Below, in pieces: positions 28,121 through 37,895 of a stretch of 64,000 nucleotides of DNA. The notes below the pieces were generated by a model. That model made no database searches and was not told where the DNA came from. It saw only the letters and a program-made list of their open reading frames with translations. Position 1 is the first letter of the stretch, and each line of letters opens with the position of its first letter. A program made the translations under genes and the position numbers. Source of the DNA: Minisyncoccota bacterium (GTDB taxonomy: Bacteria; Patescibacteriota; Minisyncoccia; UBA6257; JAGOQP01); NCBI GenBank assembly GCA_017991375.1, contig JAGOQP010000004.1:6499-70498 (forward strand). Direction: 5' to 3'.

Positions 28121-29389
28121 TTAGCCCCACAAGGCCTTCTCAATCTTTTTAGTATCTTCATGTGGGCCAACAACCGCGAGAGACCATCTATCTGGAGTGA
28201 GTAGCTGTTTTGATAAACGATTAACATCACGCACTGTTACTGCGCGCAACTTTTTAACTACTTGCTGGGGCGTATATACTTTACCCGTTGCCGCCATCTG
28301 CCCCGCGTACCAAAATCCTAAACTAGATGGCGTTTCAAGGGAAAGGAGAAGCGATCCAATTCGATGATTTTTTGCCCGAGAGAGTTCTTTTTCGGTGATC
28401 CCATCGCGAATGAGTAATTGTATTTGTTTTCTAATCTCCGCGAGTCCTTGGCCCAAACGATCATTACTGAGGCCTCCAGATATCGTTACGTGACCATGCG
28501 TTCTCCATATATCAAGAGAGCTTCTGATATAGTACGCCATCCCGAGCTTTTCTCGAATTGTCTGAAAAAGTCGTGAACTCATTCCTCCTCCGAGAATGTC
28601 TACCATGAGCATTCCCGCAAATTGTGATGAGTCGTTCGTTGTCATTGCTTTTGCGCCTACTATAATATGCGCCTGATCAAGAGCGCGACGCACAACGGCA
28701 ATTTTTTGCTGTTTGTTTTTTACTATTTTTGGCATTACTATCCTTTTCCCTCGTGGAAGTTCCCCAAATAGTTTTTTTACTTCTTTTTCTGCTTGAGCCG
28801 GCGTTATATTGCCCGTCATTACAATTGTGGTTGTCGCGGCGTGATAATACTTATCACGATACGCATGTATGTCGTTTTTTGTCATCGCTAAAATATTTTC
28901 TTTCGGGCCCGCGATGTCACGCCCTGCATGTTGGTTGCCATAGAGCGCTTTTTCAAAAATCTGTTCAACTTTTGCTCGAGGCTGATCTTCATACATATTA
29001 ATTTCTTCTATAATCACCCCTTTTTCTTTCTCTAATTCTTTTTGGTCTATTATCGGGTGAAGGTATAAATCAGCTACAATTTCGGCGATTTTTTCTCTGT
29101 GCTCGGCAGCTGCCTTTGCGTGATATCCTGTTAATTCTCTCTCGGTAAACGCGTTATAGTGAGCGCCTAGTCCTTCTAGTTCTGATGATATATCAATGGC
29201 ATGTGGGCGTTTTTTTGTCCCTTTGAAACACAGGTGTTCGAGAAAATGCGATATGCCATTTTGTTTTTGCGTTTCGTACGAGCTTCCGGCGCTTACTAAA
29301 ACCGCGCACATTACCGAAGGATTTTTACTATCTGGAACGACTACTAAACGTAGTTTATTTGAAAATGTTTTTTGACTAATACGATACAT
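28121..29389 (-). CDS. M16-family zinc peptidase (pitrilysin/insulinase-like)
   Basis: HFLEHLCFKGT carries the inverted HxxEH zinc motif near the N-terminus. The distal Glu (ELEGLGAHYNAFTERE) is present, and the protein has two-domain length. Confidence 0.8.
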   Translation of the reverse strand: MYRISQKTFSNKLRLVVVPDSKNPSVMCAVLVSAGSSYETQKQNGISHFLEHLCFKGTKKRPHAIDISSELEGLGAHYNAFTERELTGYHAKAAAEHREKIAEIVADLYLHPIIDQKELEKEKGVIIEEINMYEDQPRAKVEQIFEKALYGNQHAGRDIAGPKENILAMTKNDIHAYRDKYYHAATTTIVMTGNITPAQAEKEVKKLFGELPRGKRIVMPKIVKNKQQKIAVVRRALDQAHIIVGAKAMTTNDSSQFAGMLMVDILGGGMSSRLFQTIREKLGMAYYIRSSLDIWRTHGHVTISGGLSNDRLGQGLAEIRKQIQLLIRDGITEKELSRAKNHRIGSLLLSLETPSSLGFWYAGQMAATGKVYTPQQVVKKLRAVTVRDVNRLSKQLLTPDRWSLAVVGPHEDTKKIEKALWG

Positions 29390-29390
29390 A

Positions 29391-30530
29391 CTATGTGATT
29401 ATTTTTATTATGATTTCATAGAGCACATATACCATACTCACCACAAAAACCCCTCGCATAATAATCATCCACCAAGAAGGGATTTTCCCCGCGATAGGAA
29501 CGTTAGATTCTTTTTTGTGTTTGTTCCACATACATATAATCATAAGCCCCTCAAGAGATACAAATATGCCGCCCGCAACCTCTAGTAGTTGCACGAGAGA
29601 CCCGAGATGAGCCATGTATATCGCCACCGGGATAAACACCGTGACAATCCCCGCTATCCACGAAGAAAGGGAAACATCATGCTCAAGTGATTTTTTGACA
29701 TCTTGCGCGACCGCGATGTAAGAAGTTATAACCGCCAAAATTCCCAGAACTCCCAGAAGGACCTGCGCCCACGCAGGCACCATAAGTCCACTGATGGTAT
29801 CTTGGGTTACTTTTTCTGAGGCACCAATAACTCCTATCACAAATAACACATACACCAACGCCGCAGATATGGTTCCTATAATAATCGCTTTCCTTATTCT
29901 TTTTTTCCGCTCACCTTCTTCACCACCATATGCTACCACGCTTGGAATCGCCGGCCGCCCATTGAGCGCGAAAAGAATAACTCCAAATGGCACTAGCAGA
30001 GACACGATGGAATTACCCATCACAGGAATACTCGCGTGCACGTCACTTGTTATTCCGTATATCACCACCATACCAACAATCATCATCATCCCCACAACCG
30101 CGATTGTTTCTACTATGCTCACCGCTCTTACGCTCATATATGCCGCGATTGACCCGCCTATCCAAAAAAGTATTGCTCCGTATACGCTCCACTCCGATGG
30201 TAGAATAATCTTAAAAAAATCGACTGCGAAAAGAATATATATAGCTAGCACAAAAAGCATGTGCACAATTGTCATCGCTATCGCTCCCGTATATCCTTTT
30301 TTCCCCATGTACTTTTTTGCCACCCCCGCGAATCGGTGTTGATGCCCAATATCCGCAACCACATCCGCATACATCGTATGGATTGAAACCATCAACGCGG
30401 TGAACAACACCGCGGCCGCCGACGCTACAACGATTCCCGCCTTGGTGCTTACGTATGGTAGGGCAAAGATGCCGGCCCCGATAATGGTGCCGGCAAGTAA
30501 TGCCGCTGGAATAATAGTCGTTTTTATCAT
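29391..30530 (-). CDS. amino-acid permease (aromatic/hydroxy amino acid permease-like)
   Basis: About 11 TM helices. The N-terminal GTIIGAGIFALPY matches the GAGMLALP signature of Trp/Tyr-type permeases. Confidence 0.5.
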   Translation of the reverse strand: MIKTTIIPAALLAGTIIGAGIFALPYVSTKAGIVVASAAAVLFTALMVSIHTMYADVVADIGHQHRFAGVAKKYMGKKGYTGAIAMTIVHMLFVLAIYILFAVDFFKIILPSEWSVYGAILFWIGGSIAAYMSVRAVSIVETIAVVGMMMIVGMVVIYGITSDVHASIPVMGNSIVSLLVPFGVILFALNGRPAIPSVVAYGGEEGERKKRIRKAIIIGTISAALVYVLFVIGVIGASEKVTQDTISGLMVPAWAQVLLGVLGILAVITSYIAVAQDVKKSLEHDVSLSSWIAGIVTVFIPVAIYMAHLGSLVQLLEVAGGIFVSLEGLMIICMWNKHKKESNVPIAGKIPSWWMIIMRGVFVVSMVYVLYEIIIKIIT

Positions 30531-30533
30531 AGC

Positions 30534-31184
30534 TTATTGATCTTGAGAACCAAATTCTTGTGTGATGACTTCATCGTCACTCTGCGTCTGTACCTCTTCC
30601 CTTTCTTGTTTAATAAGTTCTATAACTTTTTGCACCAATTCTTTGGGATCTGATGAGTATACAATTTTCCCTCTCCCTCGGTGTGATTTTGCAATCATGT
30701 CTTTTATAATATCGTCTGTCTCCCATGGTCCCTCTAAAACACCGATTGGCTTGTGATCTTCAAACGCGATAGTAAATTCGTTAAGCGTGCCTAAGCGTCC
30801 GCATCCAATAATAACCGCGTCAGTAGATCTAGTTAAGATCAGGTTGCGCCCAGAATAGCCAAATCCGGTGTATACGATAAGATCGTGATATTCAGATGGC
30901 AATTTATATACCCTTACATGTTCTTTGAATGTCGCCGCCGGCGAAAAACCTATAACCAGCCCGCCCTCTTCCTTTGCTCCTTTGGAGGCGAGAAAGGGGA
31001 ATCCCGTCGTTGCCCCATCAACAAGTAGCGCCCCCTGGCGTACAATTTCTTTTCCAATTTCCGTTGCCTGAACAAACGCACGATCGCCGCAATGAGATGT
31101 TTCAGCTGCTCCTGATACGCATATACGATATTTGGGAACCGCAAGATTGATATTTGAGTGGTTAATCACCGTGTTTTTTTCCAT
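30534..31184 (-). CDS. TIGR00725/LOG-like Rossmann-fold nucleotide-binding protein
   Basis: ICVSGAAET...GALLVDGATTG...IGFSP...GCGRLGTLNE is the COG1611/LOG-family pattern. An acidic C-terminal tail is present. Confidence 0.55.
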   Translation of the reverse strand: MEKNTVINHSNINLAVPKYRICVSGAAETSHCGDRAFVQATEIGKEIVRQGALLVDGATTGFPFLASKGAKEEGGLVIGFSPAATFKEHVRVYKLPSEYHDLIVYTGFGYSGRNLILTRSTDAVIIGCGRLGTLNEFTIAFEDHKPIGVLEGPWETDDIIKDMIAKSHRGRGKIVYSSDPKELVQKVIELIKQEREEVQTQSDDEVITQEFGSQDQ

Positions 31185-31188
31185 ATTT

Positions 31189-32559
31189 TTATAATTCTAC
31201 CACGCTCCCCGCGCGGGGGACAGATGCATCAATTGCAAACGTATCTCTTATTTTTGCCGCTAGAGGTTCACTCTGGTCCAACTCTCCTTGAACAACAAAA
31301 ACTTTCTTGACTGAATTACGCATTGATTCGATCCATTTAATAAGTAACGGCTGGTCAGCATGAGCAGAATATCCTCCAATTGCTCTTACTCGACAACGGA
31401 CTGGAATTTTTTCTCCAAAAATAGTCACTGAGGGCGTCTTATCTATAATTCTTCTTCCTAGTGTCCCCTCTGACTGGAATCCTACAAAGAGAATTGTGCT
31501 CTGAGGATCTGATAAATACCTCATCTCGTGATGTAGAATTCTCCCCCCATTTGACATACCAGATCCGGCGATAATAACTTTTGGTGGGAGCACATTGTTT
31601 ATTTCTTTTGATTCTTCTTTGGTGAGCGTGAAGTGAAGCCCGCTGAAATTAAATATTTCCCCTTCTTTTCTCAGTTTTGCAATTGCTTCTTTATCAAAGT
31701 ATTCTGGGTCATCCGCGTATTTCTGGTATACCGACGTAAGCTTTATCGCTAACGGACTATCAATATACACGGGTACCCGCGGGATGCGCCCGTGCTCAAT
31801 AAGGTCATTTATCTCATACAACAAGTCCTGCGTGCGCTCTAGCGCAAATGCCGGAATCATAAGCGTTCCTTTTAGTCGTACCGTGTCTTCAATAAGGTCT
31901 TCTAAGATATTTTTTCTCTCTTCTACTGATTCATGGACTCTATTTCCATACGCCGATTCGATGAGCGCGTAGTCCGCGTCGGCAATGTACTCCGTATCCT
32001 TAACGAGCGGAGCGGGAATGTTCCCTAAATCGCCCGAAAAAACAATCTTTTTCCCCTCTGCTTCTACCACAATCGATGCTGATCCTAAAATATGTCCTGA
32101 GTTAAAAAATTTTATGCCAAAAGGACCAACTGAAAATGATTCGTGGTACCGCACTGTTTTCCAGTGACTCATCGCGGTATCTATATCATCAATGGTATAC
32201 AATGCGGGATGAGTTTCGGTCGCGTCGTGCTCCATAAGATGGTGAGCATCTAACAATAATTCATACGCGGAGTCGTGTGTGGGTGGCGTTGAATAGATTG
32301 GCCCCGTATATCCTTTGCTTATTAACTGCGGAATGCGTCCTATGTGGTCTATGTGACCGTGTGTTACTAATACCGCACTAATCTTTTTGGGATCAAAAGC
32401 AAATCCATTTTCATTTACTCGTCGTGCGTCATCTTGTCCTTGGTGCAATCCACAATCAATAAGGATACTCATATCATCGCTTTGGAGTAGATAGTTTGAT
32501 CCAGTCACCTCTTGTGCTCCTCCCAGAAATGTTAATTTCATAGTTGTTTTTTTGACCAA
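31189..32559 (-). CDS. beta-CASP family metallo-beta-lactamase ribonuclease (RNase J/CPSF-like)
   Basis: LTFLGGAQEVTGSNYLL...ILIDCGL and the HGHIDHIG (HxHxDH) motif are present, along with downstream beta-CASP motifs (D, H, H). Confidence 0.65.
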   Translation of the reverse strand: MVKKTTMKLTFLGGAQEVTGSNYLLQSDDMSILIDCGLHQGQDDARRVNENGFAFDPKKISAVLVTHGHIDHIGRIPQLISKGYTGPIYSTPPTHDSAYELLLDAHHLMEHDATETHPALYTIDDIDTAMSHWKTVRYHESFSVGPFGIKFFNSGHILGSASIVVEAEGKKIVFSGDLGNIPAPLVKDTEYIADADYALIESAYGNRVHESVEERKNILEDLIEDTVRLKGTLMIPAFALERTQDLLYEINDLIEHGRIPRVPVYIDSPLAIKLTSVYQKYADDPEYFDKEAIAKLRKEGEIFNFSGLHFTLTKEESKEINNVLPPKVIIAGSGMSNGGRILHHEMRYLSDPQSTILFVGFQSEGTLGRRIIDKTPSVTIFGEKIPVRCRVRAIGGYSAHADQPLLIKWIESMRNSVKKVFVVQGELDQSEPLAAKIRDTFAIDASVPRAGSVVEL

Positions 32560-33758
32560 TAGTGATTAATTGCTTCGCGTACTACTTGGCTTTCTGACCA
32601 TGGTTGTTTTATCCCCCGCTGTAAACGAATGGAGGATTCTGACCCTTTTCCCGTGAACACAACCACATCTCCGCTAGCCGCCGTTTTCACCGCATACTGT
32701 ATTGCTTCTTTTCTATCAAGAATAAGCTGCGTATTTCCTTTGTATGTATTAGGAATGCCCCTTTTGATGTCTTTTATTATATTCATCGGATCTTCATCGA
32801 AAGGATCTTCATTAGTGAGAACAACAATATCACAGTAGCGAGACGCCACCTCCCCCATTCGTGGGCGCTTTGCACTATCGCGCCCTCCGCCCGCAGAACC
32901 CAACACGCATATAAGTCGTGCCGATGGCGCCTTTTTTTCTCTGAGTAATTGATACAATCCCTCTAATGATTCTGGAGTGTGCGCGTAATCGACGACCGCG
33001 CGTATTGGTGTTGTGGTTATTACTTCCATTCTTCCCGGAACACCTGGAAATGTTTCTATCGCTCGCTGAATAGATTCATCAGCAATGTTCCATCGACGCG
33101 CGACCGCACACGCGGCGGCAGCATCTATTCTATTTTCTCCCTCTAATGATTCTGGGATGCGCCACGACGAAGGAATGTCTTCTTTTTGAAATTGATGCAC
33201 TAGGTGATTTCCCGCCGCCTCTATAAAGTGTGTTGATTCTTTGTCTTTTGCGTACACAAAAAAATGGGGATGTCTGCTATACACATCTTTGGCAACATAT
33301 GAGAAGAATTCTTTTTTGGCGTCTCTGTATCTCTCAAAAGACCCGTGACTTTCGATATGTTCGGGATGGATGCCTAAAAACACCGCATCATCCCAAGGAA
33401 TATATAAGTGTCGATACTGCGTAACTCCTTGAGACGTAACCTCGGTAATGGCAAAATCACATTTTTGTCTTTGTGCTCGCATGAGCCATCTTTTTACAAA
33501 CGCCCTGCCTGGCATCGTGTTTCCGGTCATGTTTGGCGTTTCTACCACGTCCACGCAGATACGCGCCGTGGAAAGAGAGGCGGTTTTATATCCCGCGGTC
33601 TTAAATATATGCTCTACTAGTGCCACCGTTGTCGTCTTCCCCTTCGTGCCCGTTATCCCAATAATGCGCATCGGCGATTTAGTGTTTAACAAAAAAGAGC
33701 TGATGATACTCCAGCTATAATGATATGCGTTTTTTACTATAGTGCGTAATGATTTCAT
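32538..33758 (-). CDS. Mur ligase family protein
   Basis: GITGTKGKTTT is the Mur-ligase P-loop, and the middle domain is present. The probable true start is the MRIIGITG Met, about 87 nt inside the track ORF. The exact substrate cannot be assigned by eye. Confidence 0.6.
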   Translation of the reverse strand: MKSLRTIVKNAYHYSWSIISSFLLNTKSPMRIIGITGTKGKTTTVALVEHIFKTAGYKTASLSTARICVDVVETPNMTGNTMPGRAFVKRWLMRAQRQKCDFAITEVTSQGVTQYRHLYIPWDDAVFLGIHPEHIESHGSFERYRDAKKEFFSYVAKDVYSRHPHFFVYAKDKESTHFIEAAGNHLVHQFQKEDIPSSWRIPESLEGENRIDAAAACAVARRWNIADESIQRAIETFPGVPGRMEVITTTPIRAVVDYAHTPESLEGLYQLLREKKAPSARLICVLGSAGGGRDSAKRPRMGEVASRYCDIVVLTNEDPFDEDPMNIIKDIKRGIPNTYKGNTQLILDRKEAIQYAVKTAASGDVVVFTGKGSESSIRLQRGIKQPWSESQVVREAINHYWSKKQL

Positions 33759-33760
33759 TT

Positions 33761-34345
33761 TTATTTGCCTGCCAACGCGCGGAGCGCCTGCTTTACCTGC
33801 TCTTCTATGGTATGCGTGTCTTTGTGTATGTGTTCTATTGCCGTCTTGATATCACTCCGCGCATATCCCAAACGCGCAAGTACTTGTTCAACCTCTTTGT
33901 GCGCGCGTGGCACCCCTGAAACGACGATGCCTTCTTTTTTTAGACGCTCGTTGAGTTCGATAATTATTTTTGATGCCACTTTCTCGGTAATACCACACAC
34001 CGCTGAAAGAGATTTTGGTTCGCGACACATAATCGCCGCGTGAATGTCTTGAATTGAGGCGCTGTTTAGTATCTTAAGCGCACCTCGTGGTCCAATACCC
34101 GATACTAAGTTAAGCAATTCAAAGAGCCGCATCTCTTCTTCGTGCTCAAACCCGAATAGTTGAATTGTTTGTGGATATAACCAGGTAAATAACGATGTTT
34201 CTTCTCCTATTTTTGTTCTTTGTGCTTTATCTTTCAATACCTGCACCGCGATCCCGATACCGGCGATAGAAATAACTACTGCGTCTTCATTTTTAGCAAT
34301 ACACGGACCCGTAATTGAATATACCATTGATGATGCTGTAACCAT
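33761..34345 (-). CDS. ruvA: Holliday junction branch migration protein RuvA
   Basis: An N-terminal OB fold (VYSITG...IGI) is followed by tandem HhH motifs (LLNLVSGIGPRGALKIL...) and a C-terminal domain III. Confidence 0.85.
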   Translation of the reverse strand: MVTASSMVYSITGPCIAKNEDAVVISIAGIGIAVQVLKDKAQRTKIGEETSLFTWLYPQTIQLFGFEHEEEMRLFELLNLVSGIGPRGALKILNSASIQDIHAAIMCREPKSLSAVCGITEKVASKIIIELNERLKKEGIVVSGVPRAHKEVEQVLARLGYARSDIKTAIEHIHKDTHTIEEQVKQALRALAGK

Positions 34346-34436
34346 TAGCAGTATTATACGGCTTTTGTTTTGATGTGTACATTGACTTAGTTATTTTATT
34401 GTAGTACTATGCCATCCGTTACTAGATACTTATTTT

Positions 34437-34706
34437 ATGCCTAAAATACAATCCGCTCGGAAAGCGCTCCGTCAAAATGCCCGCCGGCGTGCTCAAAACA
34501 GCGCTCGTAGAAACGCGCTTAAAAAAGTGGTCAAGGAATTCAAAAAACTCACCACTGAAAAGCAATTATCAGAAGCCCAGCGCGCCTTAGAAGCTGTGTA
34601 CGCCATGGCCGATAAAGTCGCCAAGACACACGCTATCGCAAAAAACAAGGCGTCGCGCGTTAAATCACGCATGGCCACGCTGCTCAAAAAAGCATCGTCA
34701 CGGTAA
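34437..34706 (+). CDS. rpsT: 30S ribosomal protein S20
   Basis: MPKIQSARKALRQNARRRAQNSARRNALK... is the characteristic S20 basic helical N-terminus. The protein is 89 aa. Confidence 0.9.
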   Translation: MPKIQSARKALRQNARRRAQNSARRNALKKVVKEFKKLTTEKQLSEAQRALEAVYAMADKVAKTHAIAKNKASRVKSRMATLLKKASSR

Positions 34707-35534
34707 TATAAATGAAAGTAACGCTTGATCCGGATCTAATAGTCCGGATTTTAGTTTCCTGTCTATTTCTAAAAGTTTTTTTGTATGCTCTGGGGATTGT
34801 ATGGCTTTTGCTATATAATTTAATACTGCAGCTGGTTCAATTCGCGTATACATTATGCGTTCTCCTATTGCTAATACCGTTTCTTTGTGCCTTTGTTGTA
34901 TCGCACGCACAAGCTCTCCACTTGTTGCTGTTTTTTTATACTCATACAACTGGTCGAGTTCTTTCTCTGTTATATTTTTCCCGAGCAGAGCGAGACGATC
35001 TATTTCATTTTCAACCGCACTCATGTCATACCCAATAACACGACTCCCTATTTTTTGAGCTCCGCATGTGTCGCAGACACGCGTGACTGACGCATTGTCT
35101 ATGTGCATATTTTTATCCTGAGCTCTTTTTTTTATATATTCTATAATCGTCTTTCTGTCATACGGCATGTGCCGCTCCGTTTTGTACGCATACTCTTTGA
35201 GTATTTTCCCCACGGGACTCATTTCTTGGGACTTAGTAGTTCTGCTGGCGATGATAAGCATTACTTCTTGCGCATCTCGCGCGCATGAAAGATTCTTTTT
35301 AAGCTCCTCTTCATCTGTGATGGTATATACATTTTTAACCGTTATAATCCTCCGCTGAGCACCAAATATACTTCTGGATACTATATGTTCGTACAGCTTT
35401 TCCTTCGCATCATCTTCTTGGCCATCAATAACAAAAAGAGCGCTTTCTGGGTAACGTTTTTGCAGTTGTTGTGTTAATTCTCTAGCACGGTGGGAGATCG
35501 CATGCTCGTTATCCCCCCATATTAATACCACCAT
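34698..35534 (-). CDS. DNA polymerase III delta subunit (HolA)-like
   Basis: 278 aa, beginning VVLIWGDNEH, with an AAA+-like delta N-domain and helical C-domain pattern. Size and position next to rpsT and ruvA are consistent. Moderate confidence only. Confidence 0.45.
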   Translation of the reverse strand: MVVLIWGDNEHAISHRARELTQQLQKRYPESALFVIDGQEDDAKEKLYEHIVSRSIFGAQRRIITVKNVYTITDEEELKKNLSCARDAQEVMLIIASRTTKSQEMSPVGKILKEYAYKTERHMPYDRKTIIEYIKKRAQDKNMHIDNASVTRVCDTCGAQKIGSRVIGYDMSAVENEIDRLALLGKNITEKELDQLYEYKKTATSGELVRAIQQRHKETVLAIGERIMYTRIEPAAVLNYIAKAIQSPEHTKKLLEIDRKLKSGLLDPDQALLSFILP

Positions 35535-35599
35535 GGCCGTATTGTACGCCGCTTGCTATGTGAGACGCAAGCAACATTCACTGATTCGCACGAAGTAGC

Positions 35600-36500
35600 C
35601 ACCGATCAACGCAGATTGTATGCAGTGCATTAAAATTTATAAAAAAATCAGCCCCGCTCCCGACGAATCGGGAATAGGGCTAAGGGTTCAAACCAAAGGG
35701 ATTGAAGTCCCGAGGGTCTTAGGATTGAGAGCTGACCTGTGTGTCCTCCGTAGCTTACGCGGAGGTGGACGACACGGCGAACGCGAACCCGTCGCCACGA
35801 GGCCACCTGACGCCAGGCCAGCCGTCGTATGCGCTGAGCCAGCGACCAGCGCCGTTACGGCGCGCGCCCAGCAAGCTCGGATCGCCTTCGGAGTTGTTGA
35901 TGGGCTCGTGCATGGCAACGATCGACCGCAGACCCATTGCTTCGATCTCCTCGTCCGTGAACTTCTCGCGGATGAGGCATGCGAGTTCGGCGTTGGGCTT
36001 TATGAGCTTGCGTATGAATGCATACATCCGAATGCTCCACGTGGTCCGATCGTTGTCCTCAAAGAGCATACCCTTGAGAATGGCCACCTGGGTGGTCACG
36101 CCGCTGGTCGGCGTGAAGTATGGGCTTTGGAGCACCCGCTTGGCGTAGTCATCCACCCGAAAGCCCTTGAGTCGGGTGATCCACTCCTCGCCGGTCGTGC
36201 CGTCCGAAGTGACGGAGAAGTAGATGATGCCGTCTTCCTCGCGCCACGGGTGGGGTGGTTCGCACACCACAATCTCGCCGCGGAGAAAACGGAGCGCCAT
36301 GTCGTGGCCACCGAGCTTCTTGACGATGGCGTTGAGTTGGCCGGCAGTGAGGCCGGCTGATGCGAATTCTCTACTCATAGTTATCTCTCCCTTCCTTGGG
36401 GTGTTTTTCTCCTCTACGCCGAGGAGGCACTATGAGCTGGGTATAGTCATAGCAAGATGGGGCCTATGAGATAAGCCACATATTGCTATGACTATATGCG
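35600..36500. other. GC-rich (>60% GC) compositional island in a ~40% GC genome
   Basis: The composition shifts abruptly at about 35600 and about 36420. The island's single gene uses GC3-rich codons. A 13-bp-stem hairpin (36443..36495) lies at the right edge, and a hairpin plus T-run lies at the left edge (about 35650..35690). Confidence 0.6.
35755..36378 (-). CDS. hypothetical protein (207 aa) encoded on GC-rich island
   Basis: MSREFASAGLTAGQLNAIVKKLGGHDMALRFLRGEIVVCEPPHPWREEDGIIYFSVTSDG... is a complex globular sequence. A good SD (ggaagggagag) sits 6 nt upstream. The overlapping plus-strand ORF 35620..36360 is Arg/Ala/Gly-rich antisense. Confidence 0.6.
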   Translation of the reverse strand: MSREFASAGLTAGQLNAIVKKLGGHDMALRFLRGEIVVCEPPHPWREEDGIIYFSVTSDGTTGEEWITRLKGFRVDDYAKRVLQSPYFTPTSGVTTQVAILKGMLFEDNDRTTWSIRMYAFIRKLIKPNAELACLIREKFTDEEIEAMGLRSIVAMHEPINNSEGDPSLLGARRNGAGRWLSAYDGWPGVRWPRGDGFAFAVSSTSA

Positions 36501-36572
36501 TGTTTTATAAAAGAACTATAGATGCGTTATACACCTAAAGGATGTGTTTGTCAAGCAGTAAAAATTCGTTTA

Positions 36573-37895
36573 TCACTCCGTTTCTGTTAGCTCCTTTTTG
36601 GGAATTAGTTGTGGATCCGTGGGGAGCGTTAAGTAGAAAACCGATCCTCTGTTTATTTCCGATTCCGCCCATATACGTCCTCCATGTCGTTCAATAATGT
36701 TTTTGGTAATATATAATCCCAATCCAGATCCATCTGACATCGTTTTTACCGCATTCTCGGCGCGGAAAAATTTGGTAAATAACTTTTCTAACTCTTCCTT
36801 CGATACGCCTATCCCCGTATCTTTGATGCTTATTCTTATAAATGATTTGTCTTCTTTTTCAATAGACACGGTCACCGTTCCATTTTCAACATTGTATTTA
36901 ATCGCGTTGTCTAACAGGTTGAAAAATGCCATGCTCAATTTTTGTGGGTCAATGTATACACGCGGCAACGCTTCTTGTGGTCGGTTGAAATATAATTTTA
37001 TTCCGTATTGCTTTGCCGTGTCGTTTATCTGAACAAGAACTTCTTCTACAAACGAGATGATGTCTTTTTCCTCGAATTGATAGCCAAATTTTCCCTCTTC
37101 TATTTTCGATATATCAAGCAGATCGTTTACTGTCTTGAGCATTTTTTTGGCAGCTAAAAATCCCGTGTTTACTAACTCTTTTTGTTGAGGCGCGAGCGAT
37201 TCTTCTCTTTCCAATGCTTCGAATGTCCAGTTAACCGCGGTGAGCGGCGTACGAAGTTGATGCGCCGCAACAGTGATAAAATCGGTTTTTGATTTTAGTA
37301 GTTGGGCCTCACGCGTTTTGTCGGTTATAATTTTTACAAATCCACCTGGTGACTCATCGCTCTCGATGACACGATCTGTTATTACTCGAAGTTCCAATTT
37401 GGGATTATCAAACGATATATCAACTACTTGTGGATACATACCAGGATCTGAGTGTTTTACCACCACTGGAGCGAGTGACGAAAATATTACCTGCGCGAGC
37501 GTTCGCAATGCCGGATCGGATGCCATTGCCGCCGTGATAACCTTTCCTATAACCTGATTTTCTTGTAGTCTAAATATTTCTTGCGCCGCTTTGTTGAATA
37601 TCAATATCTTAAATGACTGGTCATACGCAATAACCCCATTGGCAAGATTAGTAAACACACTCTCTACCTGCTGTGTTTTTGTTCTGAGTTCAACGCTCGC
37701 GCGTGTTAGCTTTAAACTAAGTCCCAGGAGAATGGAAATGATAACAACTATAATGGCTGGCGCCACTACTCTGAGTATTCCTTGGCCATATATCCCATCA
37801 AGAATTGCAACCACCACCGCTAGGGGCGTTAAATAAAGAGCTGGCCTAAATTCGGGCTGGTTTAGATATTTTATTTTTGTTGTTTGAGATACCAT
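36573..37895 (-). CDS. sensor histidine kinase (two TM, PAS-like, HisKA, HATPase_c)
   Basis: AAHQLRTPLTAVNW is the H-box. N, G1 and G2 boxes are present (LLDNAIKYN, DTGIGV, GSGLGL). No response regulator is nearby. Confidence 0.8.
   Translation of the reverse strand: MVSQTTKIKYLNQPEFRPALYLTPLAVVVAILDGIYGQGILRVVAPAIIVVIISILLGLSLKLTRASVELRTKTQQVESVFTNLANGVIAYDQSFKILIFNKAAQEIFRLQENQVIGKVITAAMASDPALRTLAQVIFSSLAPVVVKHSDPGMYPQVVDISFDNPKLELRVITDRVIESDESPGGFVKIITDKTREAQLLKSKTDFITVAAHQLRTPLTAVNWTFEALEREESLAPQQKELVNTGFLAAKKMLKTVNDLLDISKIEEGKFGYQFEEKDIISFVEEVLVQINDTAKQYGIKLYFNRPQEALPRVYIDPQKLSMAFFNLLDNAIKYNVENGTVTVSIEKEDKSFIRISIKDTGIGVSKEELEKLFTKFFRAENAVKTMSDGSGLGLYITKNIIERHGGRIWAESEINRGSVFYLTLPTDPQLIPKKELTETE

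Noticed and set aside
29794-30342. 182-aa plus-strand ORF inside the amino-acid permease gene
   Set aside because: Antisense to a clear polytopic transporter, with low-complexity Ile/Thr/Pro translation.
35686-35760. tRNA-like fragment (gggttcaaacc, gggattgaagtccc) at the left edge of the GC island
   Set aside because: A cloverleaf cannot be completed. It may be a degenerate att-site remnant, but this is too speculative to call.
35620-36360. 246-aa plus-strand ORF in the GC island
   Set aside because: Arg/Ala/Gly-rich composition is typical of antisense reading of high-GC DNA. The minus-strand ORF has a strong SD and normal composition.
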